Assembly: GCA_963707275.1 (NCBI GenBank) | Contig: CAVPPH010000010.1 | Span: forward strand, 44,764 to 108,763 | DNA: 64,000 nucleotides | Source: an uncultured Chloroflexia bacterium | Lineage (GTDB): Bacteria; Chloroflexota; Anaerolineae; JAAEKA01 | Reading direction: 5' to 3' | Part shown: positions 41,449 to 53,568 of the stretch, one piece after another | How positions within the stretch are numbered: the first letter of the stretch is position 1 | How the letters are laid out: each line of letters begins with the position of its first letter | The notes under the pieces: generated by a model | Told to the model about the DNA's origin: nothing | What the model saw: the letters and a program-made list of their open reading frames with translations, nothing else | Database searches by the model: none | Translations under genes and position numbers: made by a program

Positions 41449-43194
41449 CGGCGTCTCTTTCCAGCGGCAGACCGACCAGCGCCATCAGCTTCAACGCGTT
41501 GGTCGAGGTGGCGATGCCGGGGCGCAGGGTGTAGTCGAAATCCATGGTCGGGCCGTTGGGTCCGTCGGTGAATGATTCGGTCAGATGCACCGGCGCGCTG
41601 GCAACGGCCAGATCGGACGCGTCGGCCAGCGTCAGGTCGTGAGTCGAGACCGCGCCGATTGCGCCACTGCGCAGCAGGTGCAGAATCACCTGGCGGGCGG
41701 CCACGCGCCGCTCGCTGGTGTTGGTGCCCTGTAGAATTTCGTCCAGCAGGTAGAGCAGCGGTCGTGCTTGCCTTGCCTCGGTCTGATCGGCGCGATCGAT
41801 GATAGCTTTCAGCCGGCGCAGTTCTGCCATGAAATAGGAGACGCCCTGGTCGAGCGAGTCCTGGACGCGCATGCTGGAGGCAACCAACACGGGCGGTAAT
41901 TGCATCTCGGCCGCGCTGACCGGCCCGCCCATCTGCGCCAGCGTCGCGTTGACGCCGATGGCACGCAGCAGCGTACTCTTGCCCGACATGTTGGAGCCGG
42001 TAACGAAGAGGAACGTGCCCGGCGGCCCGATCTCGACATCGTTGCCCACGGCCGCGTCGGACGGCAACAGCGGATGCGCCAGATTGCGGGCGGCGAACCT
42101 GGCCCCTCCACCTTCCACGACGGAGGGAAACACCCAATCAGGCTGCTCAAAGCGCAGTGTGGCCAGTGCGATCAACCCCTCTGCTTCGCCAAGGGCTGCC
42201 AGCCAGCCGCGCACGTCCTGCCCCGCTTGTCCCTGCCAGCGCTCCAGCAGCCACAATACGTGAAATGACCAGAGGGTCAGCGCCTGGACGATGAAGAAGA
42301 ACATCGAGCGGCGGATCTCGACCAGCGGCATCAGCCGCGCCAGCCGCCGCAGTTGTCCGCCGGCTGTGTTGTCGCCGGAACCGAGCGCCTGCTGGACGCG
42401 CTGTAGCTCGACTGACTGGAACGGCTGGCGCGCGATCAGATCGAAGATGCCCGCGTACACGCCGAAGACGTTTTGCCGGGCGACTACACGGTCGAGGTCG
42501 GCGCCGGCGCGCAGACCGACCGTGTAGCTGACAGCCAGATTCACCACAATCACGGCAATCAGCGCGGGAAAGGCGGGCAGGCCGGCGATCTGAGCAATCA
42601 GCAGCCCGATGGTCAGCACGGTCAGCAGCCGGGCTATCCACACCAGCCCGCGACGCTTGCTGAGCCAGGGTTCGTCCTCAGCCCAATCGATGAATTGATC
42701 GTAGCCGCCGCCAGACTGGCCCAGCAGCCGGCCTTGCAGCATCACATCCTGGCGCTGTTCGACCAGTGGAGCCAGCTCAGCTACGGCTTCCTGACGAGAT
42801 CGCACGGTTTCGACGGTTGCCGGATTGAGTATCCAGCGGCGCAGCGTTGCTCTGCCGACCGCGGTTCCCGGCGTGTTGAGCAGATGTTCCAGCGAAACAG
42901 CGCCCAGCAGATCCAGATCGGCTGCGGTGCTGGGGTCGATGACGGCATCCGGGTCGCCGGCGCGCGGCAAACTGGGCCGCGGCAGCGCGTTCCAATCGCG
43001 CGCCAGCCGCGCCGTTCCCTCTTCGTTGATCCGCGCCAGCAGGCCGGCACGCTGCGCGGCCGCGCGCGCGGCGGTGAACGATGAAAGACCAGACCGAGCG
43101 CGGCGGTCAGCAGACCGGCCAGCACAAAGAGCGTGGTCGCGTTGTACCACAGCGCCAGGCCCGCGGCGGCCAGTATTGCGACGACCAGCAGCAA
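41435..43194 (-). CDS. MutS-family ATPase (MutS domain V) with N-terminal transmembrane segments; apparent frameshift near 43085
   Basis: Walker A TGSNMSGKSTLLR, DEILQGTNTSER, STHD; TM helices in main ORF; extra N-terminal TM pair MLLVVAILAAAGLALWYNATTLFVLAGLLTAALGLVF in adjacent frame (ORF 42781-43194). Confidence 0.65.
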
Positions 43195-43569
43195 GTTGAG
43201 GTTGCCGAAGCGCCGGCTGCGCTGGTCGTGGGCGTCGCGCTGGCCGGCGAACTCGGCGCGGCGCTGTTGATAGGTTGACTTGTGGGTTGTTGTCCATAAC
43301 AGGCGAGATTATAGCATTGAACGGTAAATTGGGCGGATTTTCACGAGTGTGAGCTGCGACCCTGGAGGAAGGGAGACCCCGCCTAAGGACGATCGAGGGT
43401 CCGTGGGCAACTGCGGCAAGAGAAAGGACGTGCGGGAGCCAGCTTTGGACAGGGGAATCGGGGTCGGGTATACTTTCGGGTGTAACTGAAATCGGTCGAG
43501 CACAGGCCGTTTGAATCACTTCACCCGGGTGCAAACGCACCTAAATCCACGACGAAAGTACCTGACATC

Positions 43570-44730
43570 ATGAACGACGCTGATAAGATCGATGCAATCC
43601 GGCGGGAGTTGCCTGCAACCCTGACCGGTGTGTATCTGAACACCGGGTCGTGCGGGCCGGTTTCGCGCTCGGTGGGTGAGACCATCCGCGCAGTGGCTGA
43701 GCGCGAACTGACCGGTGGACGGATCGCGCCCAATGAGTGGCCGGACTATATGGCAGCGCTGGGCGATCTGCGCGGCAGCTTCGCGCGGCTGCTGGGCGCA
43801 AACGATGACGAGATCGCCCTCACCCACCACACCACCGATGGCATGAACATCGGCATCTGGGGGCTGGACTGGCGGCCGGGCGATGAGCTGATTACCACCA
43901 ACAACGAGCACGAAGGCGGCCTGATCCCGGCCTATGTCGCGGCGCGCCGGCTGGGCGTGGTGGTCAAGGTGGTGGATATCGGGCTGGGCGACGGCGACGT
44001 AGTCGCGCTGCTGCGCGCGGCGATGACGCCACGCACCCGCTTGATCAGCCTCTCGCACGTCAGTTGGATGAGTGGCGCGCTGCTGCCGCTGGAGGAGATC
44101 GTCGCGCTGGCCCATCAGCAGGGCGCGCTGGTGCTGGTGGACGGGGCGCAGTCGGTCGGGGCGATCCCGCTGGATGTCCACGCGCTGGGCGCGGACCTGT
44201 ACACGGCGACCGGACAGAAGTGGCTGTGCGGGCCGGAGGGCGTCGGTGCGCTGTATGTCAGCCGCACGGCGCAGGCGCAGGTGCAGCCGACCTATGCCGG
44301 CTACAGCTCGGTCTACCCTGACATGGACTACGACTATCTGGGCAACTTCAAGCTGGCTGCCGGCGCCAGCCGCTACGAGGTTGGCACTACCTCGCGGCCT
44401 GCCAACCTGGCCATGCTCGCCGGGCTGCGCTGGCTGGAGGAGGAAGTGACGTGGCCGTGGGCGCACGCACGCATCGCGGCGCTGGCCGATCTGGCCGCCG
44501 AAATGTTGAGCGACCTGCCCGGCGTGACGGTGCTGACACCGCCCAGCCATGCCGGCTTGATCAGCTTCACAGTCGAGGGGCAGTCAGCCGAAGCCGTCGT
44601 GGCGCGGGTCGCGGCGCACGGGGTGTGGATACGCTGGCTGCCCAAGCGCGGCTGGCTGCGCGTCAGCACGGGGTTCTTCAACACTGAGGAGGATCTGAAC
44701 GCGCTGTGCGGTGCCCTGCGGGCGGACTGA
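43570..44730 (+). CDS. Class V PLP-dependent aminotransferase (cysteine desulfurase/epimerase-like)
   Basis: LSHVSWMSG, LVDGAQSVG, PLP Lys in TGQKWLCGPEG. Confidence 0.75.
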   Translation: MNDADKIDAIRRELPATLTGVYLNTGSCGPVSRSVGETIRAVAERELTGGRIAPNEWPDYMAALGDLRGSFARLLGANDDEIALTHHTTDGMNIGIWGLDWRPGDELITTNNEHEGGLIPAYVAARRLGVVVKVVDIGLGDGDVVALLRAAMTPRTRLISLSHVSWMSGALLPLEEIVALAHQQGALVLVDGAQSVGAIPLDVHALGADLYTATGQKWLCGPEGVGALYVSRTAQAQVQPTYAGYSSVYPDMDYDYLGNFKLAAGASRYEVGTTSRPANLAMLAGLRWLEEEVTWPWAHARIAALADLAAEMLSDLPGVTVLTPPSHAGLISFTVEGQSAEAVVARVAAHGVWIRWLPKRGWLRVSTGFFNTEEDLNALCGALRAD

Positions 44731-44822
44731 CACACGGCGTTTGTAGTGGCCGAGTTTGTTGTCGCGACTTCAGTCGCTTCCGCTGGCTTCAGAGTGACTG
44801 ATGACGCGACTACGAACCTTGT

Positions 44823-46301
44823 TTAGACTGCGCCGATCAGCGCGATCCCGCTGCGCGGCGGGACGGCGAGGCCGTGCAGGACGCCGTTGTCTACCCGGGC
44901 ATCTTCCGTGCCCCAGACAGCCTGAAAGACGGCGCCGTCGGCCGCAAATCCGCTGGCCGGCACTTCCAGCCGGGCAAAGGCCGCGCCGCTGTTGAGCGCG
45001 ACCACGGCGATCTGCTCCTGCCAGCGGCGGGCATAGACCACGAGATCGTCGGTCGTTTGCAGCACTGCAAAGTTGCCGCGGCTGAAGACCGGATAGCTGC
45101 TGCGCAGCGAGACGGCTCGCCGGGCGTAGTCCAGCAGGTCCTCGTCCCAGCGGGCGTGAGGGCCGGCATGGAAGTCATCCTGCCAGGGGAAACCGCGGCG
45201 ACAGTCGGGATCGCGGCCCCCTTCCATGCCGATCTCGTCGCCGTAGTAGATGCAGGGCGCGCCGGGGATCGTCATCAGGAAGAGCAGCGCCAGCCGGTAA
45301 GCCCGGCCATCGCGGCGGGCCAGCGTGGCGAACCGGGGCGTGTCGTGGCTGCCCAGCAGGTTGAGCTGCGCGTGCGCGATCTCGGCCGGATAGCGTGACA
45401 GCACGTTAACGATGGTCGCGGCGAAGCCCGCCCCGTCCAGCCGCTCGATGTGGCCGTAGCCGGTGCCGAGGGCCGCGTTGTTGTCCAGCGTCTCACGCGC
45501 GAAGAAGCCCAGGCAGGCACGGGTGATCGGGTAGTTCATCACCGCGTCGAATTGGTCACCGCGCAGCCAGCGGTGCGCGTCGCCCCAGATCTCACCGACG
45601 ATGTAGGCATCAGGATTGACACCCTTGACGCGCCGGCGAAACTCGCGCCAGAACTCGTCGTCGTCGATCTCGTTGGGCACGTCCAGCCGCCAACCGTCGA
45701 TCCCCTGCTCGACCCAGTATTGGCCCACGCTTAACAAGAACTCGCGCACGGCCGGGTTGCGGGTGTTGAGCTTCGGCAGCGCGTGGATGTTCCACCAGGC
45801 GGCGTAGTTGGGCGGCTTGTGGCCTTCATAGGCGTGCAGCGGCCAGCCGTTGACGTGGAACCAGTCGAGGTAGGGCGAGGCCTGGCCGTTCTCCAGCAGG
45901 TGGTTGAACTGGTAGAAGCCGCGGCTGGCGTGGTTGAACACGCCGTCCAGCACGACCCGGATGCCGCGCCGGTGCGCTTCGTTCAGCAAGCTGGCAAAGG
46001 CCCGGTTGCCGCCCAGGACCGGATCGACCTGGTAAAAGTCGTGGGTGTGATAGCGGTGGTTGGCGGTGGACTGGAAGATCGGGCAGAAGTAGAGCGCGGT
46101 GACGCCGAGGCTCTGGAGATAGTCCAGGCGCTCGACCACGCCCAGCAAGTCGCCGCCCTTGAACCCGTGCAGGGTTGGCGGGTAATCCCATCGTTCGAGG
46201 TTCGTTGGCTTGGATAGGGAGCGGCTGCGGGCAAAGCGATCGGGAAAGATCTGGTAGAAAATGGCGGATTTGACCCAGTCAGGGGTCCTGGCTTCGACCA
46301 T
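44823..46301 (-). CDS. Glycoside hydrolase family 13 (alpha-amylase family) enzyme
   Basis: [39 protein letters not shown] conserved regions. Confidence 0.8.
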   Translation of the reverse strand: MVEARTPDWVKSAIFYQIFPDRFARSRSLSKPTNLERWDYPPTLHGFKGGDLLGVVERLDYLQSLGVTALYFCPIFQSTANHRYHTHDFYQVDPVLGGNRAFASLLNEAHRRGIRVVLDGVFNHASRGFYQFNHLLENGQASPYLDWFHVNGWPLHAYEGHKPPNYAAWWNIHALPKLNTRNPAVREFLLSVGQYWVEQGIDGWRLDVPNEIDDDEFWREFRRRVKGVNPDAYIVGEIWGDAHRWLRGDQFDAVMNYPITRACLGFFARETLDNNAALGTGYGHIERLDGAGFAATIVNVLSRYPAEIAHAQLNLLGSHDTPRFATLARRDGRAYRLALLFLMTIPGAPCIYYGDEIGMEGGRDPDCRRGFPWQDDFHAGPHARWDEDLLDYARRAVSLRSSYPVFSRGNFAVLQTTDDLVVYARRWQEQIAVVALNSGAAFARLEVPASGFAADGAVFQAVWGTEDARVDNGVLHGLAVPPRSGIALIGAV

Positions 46302-46416
46302 GAAGTGGCGTTAACTCCGATGTTGCGATAAATTGTGAATGCAATGGGCGCAATGATACAACAAGTCCGGGAGAGGGCCAAAACAGCCTCTCCCTTCAAA
46401 GAAAGGCAACACACCA

Positions 46417-46962
46417 ATGCTTGAACCATGGACACTGCTGGCGTCGGAGGACGTGTTCCGCAACCGCTGGTTGCATGTCACCGTGGACCGCTTCCGGCTG
46501 CCCAACGATCGCGAATACGAATACACCACCATCCGCCGCGACGCGGCCGGGGTGGGCGTGATGCTGCTGGACGAGCAGAATCGCCTGCTGCTGGAGCGCG
46601 AGTTTCGACCGCCGGTGAATGACGTGCTGCTCCAGATACCAGGCGGCCTGACCAACGGCGACGAGGATCCGGCTGACTGCATCCGCCGCGAGCTGGAGGA
46701 GGAGACCGGCTACCTGGCAGGCGAGATGACCTATCTGGGCGCGTTTTTCAACAACCCTGCCAGCAGCAACAGCCAGTGCATGATCTACCTCTGCCGCGAC
46801 TTTCAAGCCGGCGGCACGGTGAGTCGCGACGCGGCCGAGTTCATGACCTTCGACTGGTACGACCTGGACTGGGTAAAGGCGCGCGTGCTGGACGGCACGA
46901 TCCGCGACCGGGTGGTGATCTGCGGGCTGGCGTATCTGTGGCTGGCGGGTGAGGCAAGCTGA
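46417..46962 (+). CDS. NUDIX hydrolase
   Basis: Nudix box GGLTNGDEDPADCIRRELEEETGY. Confidence 0.8.
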   Translation: MLEPWTLLASEDVFRNRWLHVTVDRFRLPNDREYEYTTIRRDAAGVGVMLLDEQNRLLLEREFRPPVNDVLLQIPGGLTNGDEDPADCIRRELEEETGYLAGEMTYLGAFFNNPASSNSQCMIYLCRDFQAGGTVSRDAAEFMTFDWYDLDWVKARVLDGTIRDRVVICGLAYLWLAGEAS

Positions 46963-46974
46963 GCTGCGGGGACA

Positions 46975-47190
46975 GGGCCGAGCTGGACACGCGGCTGCTG
47001 GCAGCGTCAACGTGACCGGTCGGCAGGCCACGTTGCGTCTGGACGCGGCCAGACTGCCGCGTCGCGCCTGGCGCGATCTGCTCAACGGGGAGCGGTTCGA
47101 CGCGGCCGGTAGTCGTCTGGCCGCGCCGATGGCCGCTTACCGGGTGCGGTGGATGGTGGCAGCCCAGGTCTGGCGCCAGGCCAGCTGAGC
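46975..47190 (+). pseudogene. Short remnant resembling a GH13 C-terminal beta-domain
   Basis: VNVTGRQATLRLDAARLPRRAWRDLLNGERFDAAGSRLAAPMAAYRVRWMVAA resembles typical amylase-family C-termini; no start/N-terminal domains. Confidence 0.25.
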
Positions 47191-47240
47191 GAGAGGGGGT
47201 GGCTATCGCCTGCGCAGCGGAAGTCAGCGGCGAAAAACGG

Positions 47241-47269
47241 TTGACTCTGGATGTGAAGTATCGTACAAT
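47241..47269 (+). promoter_or_regulatory. Sigma70-like promoter TTGACT-17-TACAAT ~410 nt upstream of S8 peptidase start
   Basis: Hexamers read directly. Confidence 0.45.
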
Positions 47270-47485
47270 GGAAGTGGCGTACGATCAGGCAAAGAGCAGG
47301 AAGAGGTTTGTCTCGGGCAGGTAAACCCGCCCAACGATTAGCCAGCGGTTAACCTTAACGCCATCCAAACTCCTCGCTTCGATCTCCTCACTCCTCGCAG
47401 CCATCGACCGTATCGAGTTTGTCCGTTCCATCGGTTGGGAAGCTGGTTGGCATCGTCCCACCGAATGGCCGGAGGAGAGAATCGG

Positions 47486-47554
47486 ATGAACCCCTTAACT
47501 CGGAGTCGGCTGACTATGGCAGCCGGCTTTGTCGCGTTCGGCGTCTTCGTGTAG
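47486..47554 (+). CDS. 22-aa leader/small hydrophobic peptide ORF with strong RBS
   Basis: GGAGGAG-7nt-ATG; MNPLTRSRLTMAAGFVAFGVFV*. Confidence 0.25.
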   Translation: MNPLTRSRLTMAAGFVAFGVFV

Positions 47555-47677
47555 GCCGTCCGTCCCCCGGCGCGTGGATTCCCATAGCGCCGGCTGGCGT
47601 TGCCGGCGGCGCTGCCGGTAGCCGCAAGTCTGGCCGTGACTCTAGGGGACAGCAGTGTCAGAAACAAGGTTGAAACC

Positions 47678-50600
47678 ATGAACAAGAAGTCTGTCGGGCG
47701 CCGTTCATACGGCTGGAGGCTGGCTGCGCCGCTGATGGTTGCGGCGCTCGCTCTGATTGGAAGTTTGCACAGCTTTGCGGCGCCGTTGCCGCAACTTCAA
47801 ACACCTTTCGAGACCACTTCGTTACCAGCGGAGGCGTTATCCTGGACCGCCGATCCGCTGGCCGGCGCGCGGGCAACGCACAATCCCAAGCTCGACTCGG
47901 CCTTGGCAGGCCTGGCTGCAGCGGCCGAGGATTCGCCCCAGGCAGCGACGGCCTGGGCTGAGGCGCAGTCGCTGCGGCTGGTGGGCGACCAAGTGCACGT
48001 GCAGGTGGTCGCCGACGGAACTAGCTTGCCGGGCGCTATCGCCGCGATGACCAATGCCGGCGGTGAGGTGACCAAGGTCGGCAACGACGCGGCTTTGCTC
48101 CAAGGCTGGCTGCCCGTGGACGCGCTAGAGACCGTCGCCGCTGACGAGAACGTCTTCTTCATTCGGCGGCCAGCCGAGCTGGTCCTGCTGGAGGACATGA
48201 GCCGCCGGCAACGCCACCACCGAGGGCTTGAGCGTGATCAACGGCCCGGCCTGGCACACGGCCGGCCAGCAGGGCGCGAGCGTCAAGATCGGCATCATCG
48301 ACGGCGGCTTTCTGGGCTACCCCGGCCTGCTGGGTGTCGATTTGCCGGCGTCGGTCACAGTGAAGAACTTTGTGGACGGCGAGACCGATCTGCAGGTGGA
48401 CGGGACAACCAAGCACGGCACGGCCTGCGCCGAGGTCATCCACGATATCGCGCCGGCCGCCACCCTCTACCTGGCCAAGGTTTCCACCAACCTGGACCTA
48501 CAGGAAGCGGTCACATGGCTGAAGAACACGAATCAGGTAGATATCATCTCCACGTCCATGGGATGGTACAACCTGACGCCGGGCGACGGCACGGGTGAGT
48601 TCGCTGACCTGGTGCAGTCCGCACGCGACGCGGGCATCCTTTGGGCGACGGCGGCCAGCAATGATCGCGAGGCGCACTGGGGCGGGCTGTACTACGATCC
48701 CAACAACACTGGCTACTCACTACTACAACGCTACACAGAACGTCAACTACTTCGGGCCGGGCGACGGCAACGCCTACAACATCCCGGCAGGCAACAGGAT
48801 CAGCTGTCTTCCTGCGTTGGAACGACTGGAGCGCCGTCGACCAGGACTACGATCTGTATCTGCTGCGCTGGAGCGGTACTGCGTGGACCACTATCGCGAG
48901 CGGCGCGAACTACCAGAACGGCGGGGCCGGCCAGACGCCTGTCGAGTATGTCACGGCCGTTGACCAGTGGCAGCGCGACTGCCTACGGTTTTGGCATCAC
49001 GCGCTACAACAGCAACCGGGCCGTCAACTTCGAGGTGTTCGCGCCCGGATCCGGCGCGCGGCTGGACGAGATTCTGCACGCGCGCAGCCTTGCCAACCTA
49101 GCCGACGCGCCCGGTGCACTAACGGTGGCCGCGCTGGATGTGGTCGCGCCCTACCCGCAAGAGTTCGTACAGCTCGCAAGGGCCGACCAACGGGCCGGGC
49201 GGCGCAGGAGACGGGCGGCTTCATCAAGCCGGATCTGGCCGGCTTCGCCAACGTCTCCACCGAAAGCTACGGCGCGACGGGATTCGATGGCACTTCGGCG
49301 GCCACACCGCATGTGGCCGGTGCAGCGGCGCTGGTGAAGGGCGCGTATCCCGCCTACACACCCAGCCCAGGTGCAGAGCTTTCTGGAGGGCGCGCGCGGT
49401 AGACATGGGGACTGCCGGCAAAGACACGGTCTACGGGCATGGCCGGCTCTACCTGGGTGCGCCGCCGGCCGCGGGTTCGACCTCGACGTCCTACCGCCAC
49501 GCCGACCCGAACACCAACGGTCACCGCCACGCCGACCCGAACACCAACAGCTAACACCCACGGGCGATCCGGGCGGTGTCCTGAAGCGCTATCTGCCGCT
49601 GATTCTGACGCCACGGTGCCCGCTGCGCCAACCGACGACGACACCCACGCCAACAAGGACTGCACAGCCTACGCAAACGCCGACGCCCACGGCGACAACG
49701 CAGCCCGGGCGATGGGTGACCAACGGCCCCTATGGCGGCAGCGTTTGCGGATATGGCCATGTCGCTCAGCAATCCCGACGTCCTGTATGCCGTCATGGGC
49801 GGCGCCGGACTGTTCAAAACGATCAACGGCGGCGACAACTGGTCACAGATGGCTTCCCCAGAGGGAAATCTCAGCGCATCTACGTTGCGCCAAACAATCC
49901 CAGTGTGGTGTACGCAGGTACAGGCAATGGCATCTACAAGAGCGTCGATGGCGGCGCTACCTGGACGCACAAAGGGCTGACTGGCATCCTTGTCAAGGCT
50001 ATCGCGATCCATCCATCCAACCCGCAGGTCGTCTATGTAGGTGCCAGAAGTGGAACTTCTACTGGCGTCGTGTTCAAAAGCACCGATGGCGGCGAGACCT
50101 GGCAGCAGAAGTTCTCTGAGGCGAATCTTTGGGTCAATACTCTGCTGATTGACACGACAATTCCCAACAGGATCTATCTCGGCGCGTCGGGCGAACCGCA
50201 GGGGTCTGGGGGTGTACCGCAGGGCCTCCGTATCAGCAGCGACGGCGGCAATTCATGGAACTCGCACAAGGTGACGACTCTCGAGTGGAGAAGCCGTGAC
50301 CGTACTGGCGATGACGCCCATGGGATACACCCCGCCTACGCTGTATGCCGCGGAACGCAGTGCGACGTACAAAAGTACCGACGGCGGTCTGACCTGGATC
50401 AGAGCATGGCAAACAGCCAGTTCTCATAGATGCCCAGTCTCTGGCCGTCGATGCGCAGAACCCACACGTCGTGTACGCCGGTGGAGGGGGTATTCGTGGG
50501 CTGCCGGCTACCCCTACGCCTGACTGGTATCCGCACGATCAGGGTTCCAAATCGAGGCTCTGGCGGAGCGCTGACAACGGGGCGACCTGGGCAGCGCAGG

Positions 50601-51490
50601 GATGCCGGGCTGCCGGGAGAGGTCGCTACGAGCATCGTGATCGATCCCCGCAGCGGCCGCCTGTTCGTCGGCCTGCGCTCGGCCGGGGTGTATCGCTCCA
50701 GCGATGGCGGCGGCAGTTGGCAGCTTGCCAGCCAGGGCATCACTGCGACCAACATCCAAGGCCTGGCAGCCGATCCCGGAGGCTCCGGGCGGGTGATTGC
50801 CGCCATCGAAGGGCCAAGCCACCCATGGCCGTTACAGCCGGCGCGGGCGCGCCATGGCTTTACCTGATAGGCGATGATACGCCAACGAATGTCGGCGCGG
50901 TGGCGGTCGATCCGGCGCATCCATCCACCTGGTACACCGGTGATGGGTTGGTCGGCAACTGGCGATGGGTGTACACGTTCCGGAGCAGCGATGGTGGCAG
51001 TACCTGGACCGCCAATCAGTTGCTTTACAAGACAGATGGACCCGTGGGCCAGGTCGTTTATCATCGCGTGTTTGCCTTGGCAGTAGATCCCGGCGACGCC
51101 AGCACCGTGTTGGCTGCGGTCGCCGAGCAGCGAACAGCGTATGGCGGGGTGTACAAGAGCACCGATGCCGGCGCCAGTTGGTCCCGCACCCTGCCTGATT
51201 GGGCTACAGCGCTGGCGTTTGATCCCACGTCGCCAGGCCGGGTATATGCGGGAGCAGTGCGCTACGGGAAGGTCTTTAGCTCGACTGACAGCGGTACTAC
51301 CTGGACCCAGATCGGCGGCAGCACGTTGGAAGCGCTACGCGTGTACGACATTGCAGTGGCTCCAAACGGACACGTGTATGTGGCGACCAACGGCGGCCTT
51401 CAGAAATGGAACGGCACAGCATGGAGCACGGCGACAGGATTGCCGTCGGTCCCAACCATAGCCCTGGCGATAGATCGCGTCCAGCGACCC
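47678..51490 (+). pseudogene. Secreted S8 (subtilisin-like) peptidase - Pro/Thr-rich linker - BNR/Ycf48-like beta-propeller; many frameshifts
   Basis: Signal MNKKSVGRR..; catalytic motifs GIIDGG (Asp), HGTACAE (His), GTSAATPHVAG (Ser) in different frames; PTATPTRTPTVTATPTRTPT linker; repeated S.DGG.TW BNR motifs across ORFs 49371-50429 and 50471-52051. Confidence 0.65.
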
Positions 51491-52845
51491 CGTCATCAGC
51501 TCTTCTCCGGGTTGACGCGCCAGGACGAGGAGACTGGAGCCATTGTTCCTGACCTGGCTGAGTCATGGACCGTCGCGCCTGACGGCATGAGCGTCACCTT
51601 CAATCTGCGCAGTGGCCTCCGCTGGAGCGATGGCACGCCGCTGACAGCCTCAGACGTGGTGTTTGGCCTGGATCGCGCCAGACAAAACAGCCCTTACAAC
51701 TGGATTCTAGACTGGGTTGGTGTTAGCAACGCAACGGCCCTAACCTCGCGTCTCGTCCGCGTTGATCTTTCGCGGCCACACGGCGGGGCTCTGTTGTCAG
51801 TCATGGCGACATTCTACGCCTTTCCGGTTCCGGAGCACGCAATTGCCGCGTTCGGTTCAGCATGGGCTGACATCAGTCGTATTGTCACCAGCGGACCCTA
51901 TCGATCCGGGGGCGGCGGCCTGCGGCCGCTGATCCTGGAGAGAAACCCGCTCTACCACGATGCCAGCGGTGTCGCTATCGACAGAGTAGAGTTCTATGCC
52001 CACTCCGATGCTGCGGCAGCGACTCATGCTGTACGCCAGAGGTGGTCTTGATACCACCTTCGTCTACGATGACGCTATGGTGAACGCAGATCCTGCTTCT
52101 GCGGAACGAGCGCCGCTCTACAAGCACGTCCTGCAACCTACTACTACGGCTTCACCACAACGAAACCTCCGTTGGACAATCCACTGGTGCGCAAAGCCCT
52201 GATAGCGGCCATCGATCGGGCTGCCCTTGTTGCCAACGCTGTGGGCGCGGGTGTGCCGTCGACCACCTTTGCTCCACCCGGGGTGTTTGGCGCAGTTGCG
52301 CCTGGAAGCGGCATCGGGATTGACTATAACCCGGCGCAAGCACAAGCCTGGCTGACGCAGTCTGGCGTGTCGCTCCCGTTTACGTTGAGGCTGGCTTTTG
52401 CAACCAGTCGTCAAATCAACCAGCAGCGGTTGCGCAGTTCCTTGCCAATTCGTGGGAGACAGTCCTCGGCATCGATGTGGTGATCGAGGAGTGTCCCTGG
52501 GCAGACTATTACCCGTGGATCCATCCAACCACGCCTGTCGAGGAGATGCCCCATGCGTGGGCTCTTGGCTGGTGTGCTGATTACATGCACCAGCATGACT
52601 GGGTCCATGAGTTGTTCAACTCACATGCCAGCTTCAACTTCATCCGCTGGAGCAATGCGGAGTTTGATAGTGTCACCAGCCTGGCGGCAGCTTCCGACGA
52701 TCCCGCTCAACAGGCCGCGTGGTATCGCCGGGCTGAGGAGATCCTCAACGAGGAGCAGGCCGGTATCCTCAGCCTGTACTGGACTACATCGTCGCAGTTG
52801 AGCAAGCCCTATCTACAGCGCACCCAGTGCCCATGCCTGGGCTGA
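51491..52845 (+). pseudogene. N-terminally truncated, frameshifted family-5 SBP remnant fused in-frame to upstream propeller ORF
   Basis: LFSGLTRQDEETGAIVPDLAESWTVAPDGMSVTFNLRSGLRWSDGTPLTASDVVF ... WALGWCADYMHQHDWVHELFNS ... KPYLQRT collinear with SBPs at 1281 and 9668 but lacking first ~90 aa. Confidence 0.6.
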
Positions 52846-53568
52846 GCAGATCCGCAATTGGTCGTTCCGGCCGGGCACAGGGGAGGCGAGCGCAGCCGGC
52901 GGCAGCGTGCAGTCGGCTGATGGCCGTACCGAGGCTGATTTTCCCTCCGGTGCGTTCTCGTGCCGATGTCGATCTGGTGCTCGATCACTTGACCGTTTTG
53001 CCTGGCAGCGCGGGCAGCAAGGTGTCAGCCAACCGGACATTCCAGATCAGCGCCCTCGATGCCTTGACTGGCGATCCTGTGACGCCTGACCCTGCTCATC
53101 CCGCAATGCTGACCATGCAATACACCGATTGGGAAAAGGGCACCATCATCGAAGACACGCTGCGGCTCTACCGCTGGAACGGCAGCGCCTGGCAGCAGGA
53201 GAATGCCGCTTTCGACTATACCAACAACACGGTGAGCGCTTCGCTGCCACACCTGGGCGTGTTTGCCCTGTTAGGCGACACCCATCGACTCTGGCTGCCC
53301 ACGCTTATTCGCCATAGCTCCGTAGGCTACCGGGCATCTGATGGCGGCACATCGTGCGCACTTCAGCGCTTTGGTCGCATGAAGTGCGCACTGTGAAGTG
53401 CGCTAGCGCCGGTAGCTCTTGCGGGTATGCCACTGTCGGAGCCAGCCTCTGCGATCTGCAAGCAGCGCAGAGGCTGGCTTTCTTCATTGAGATCAGCTCG
53501 AACGGAATCGCCCTGAAAGAGGCACGACGTTGTTGCGTGCTCGCGCAACAACGGTGTTGACGGTTGGA

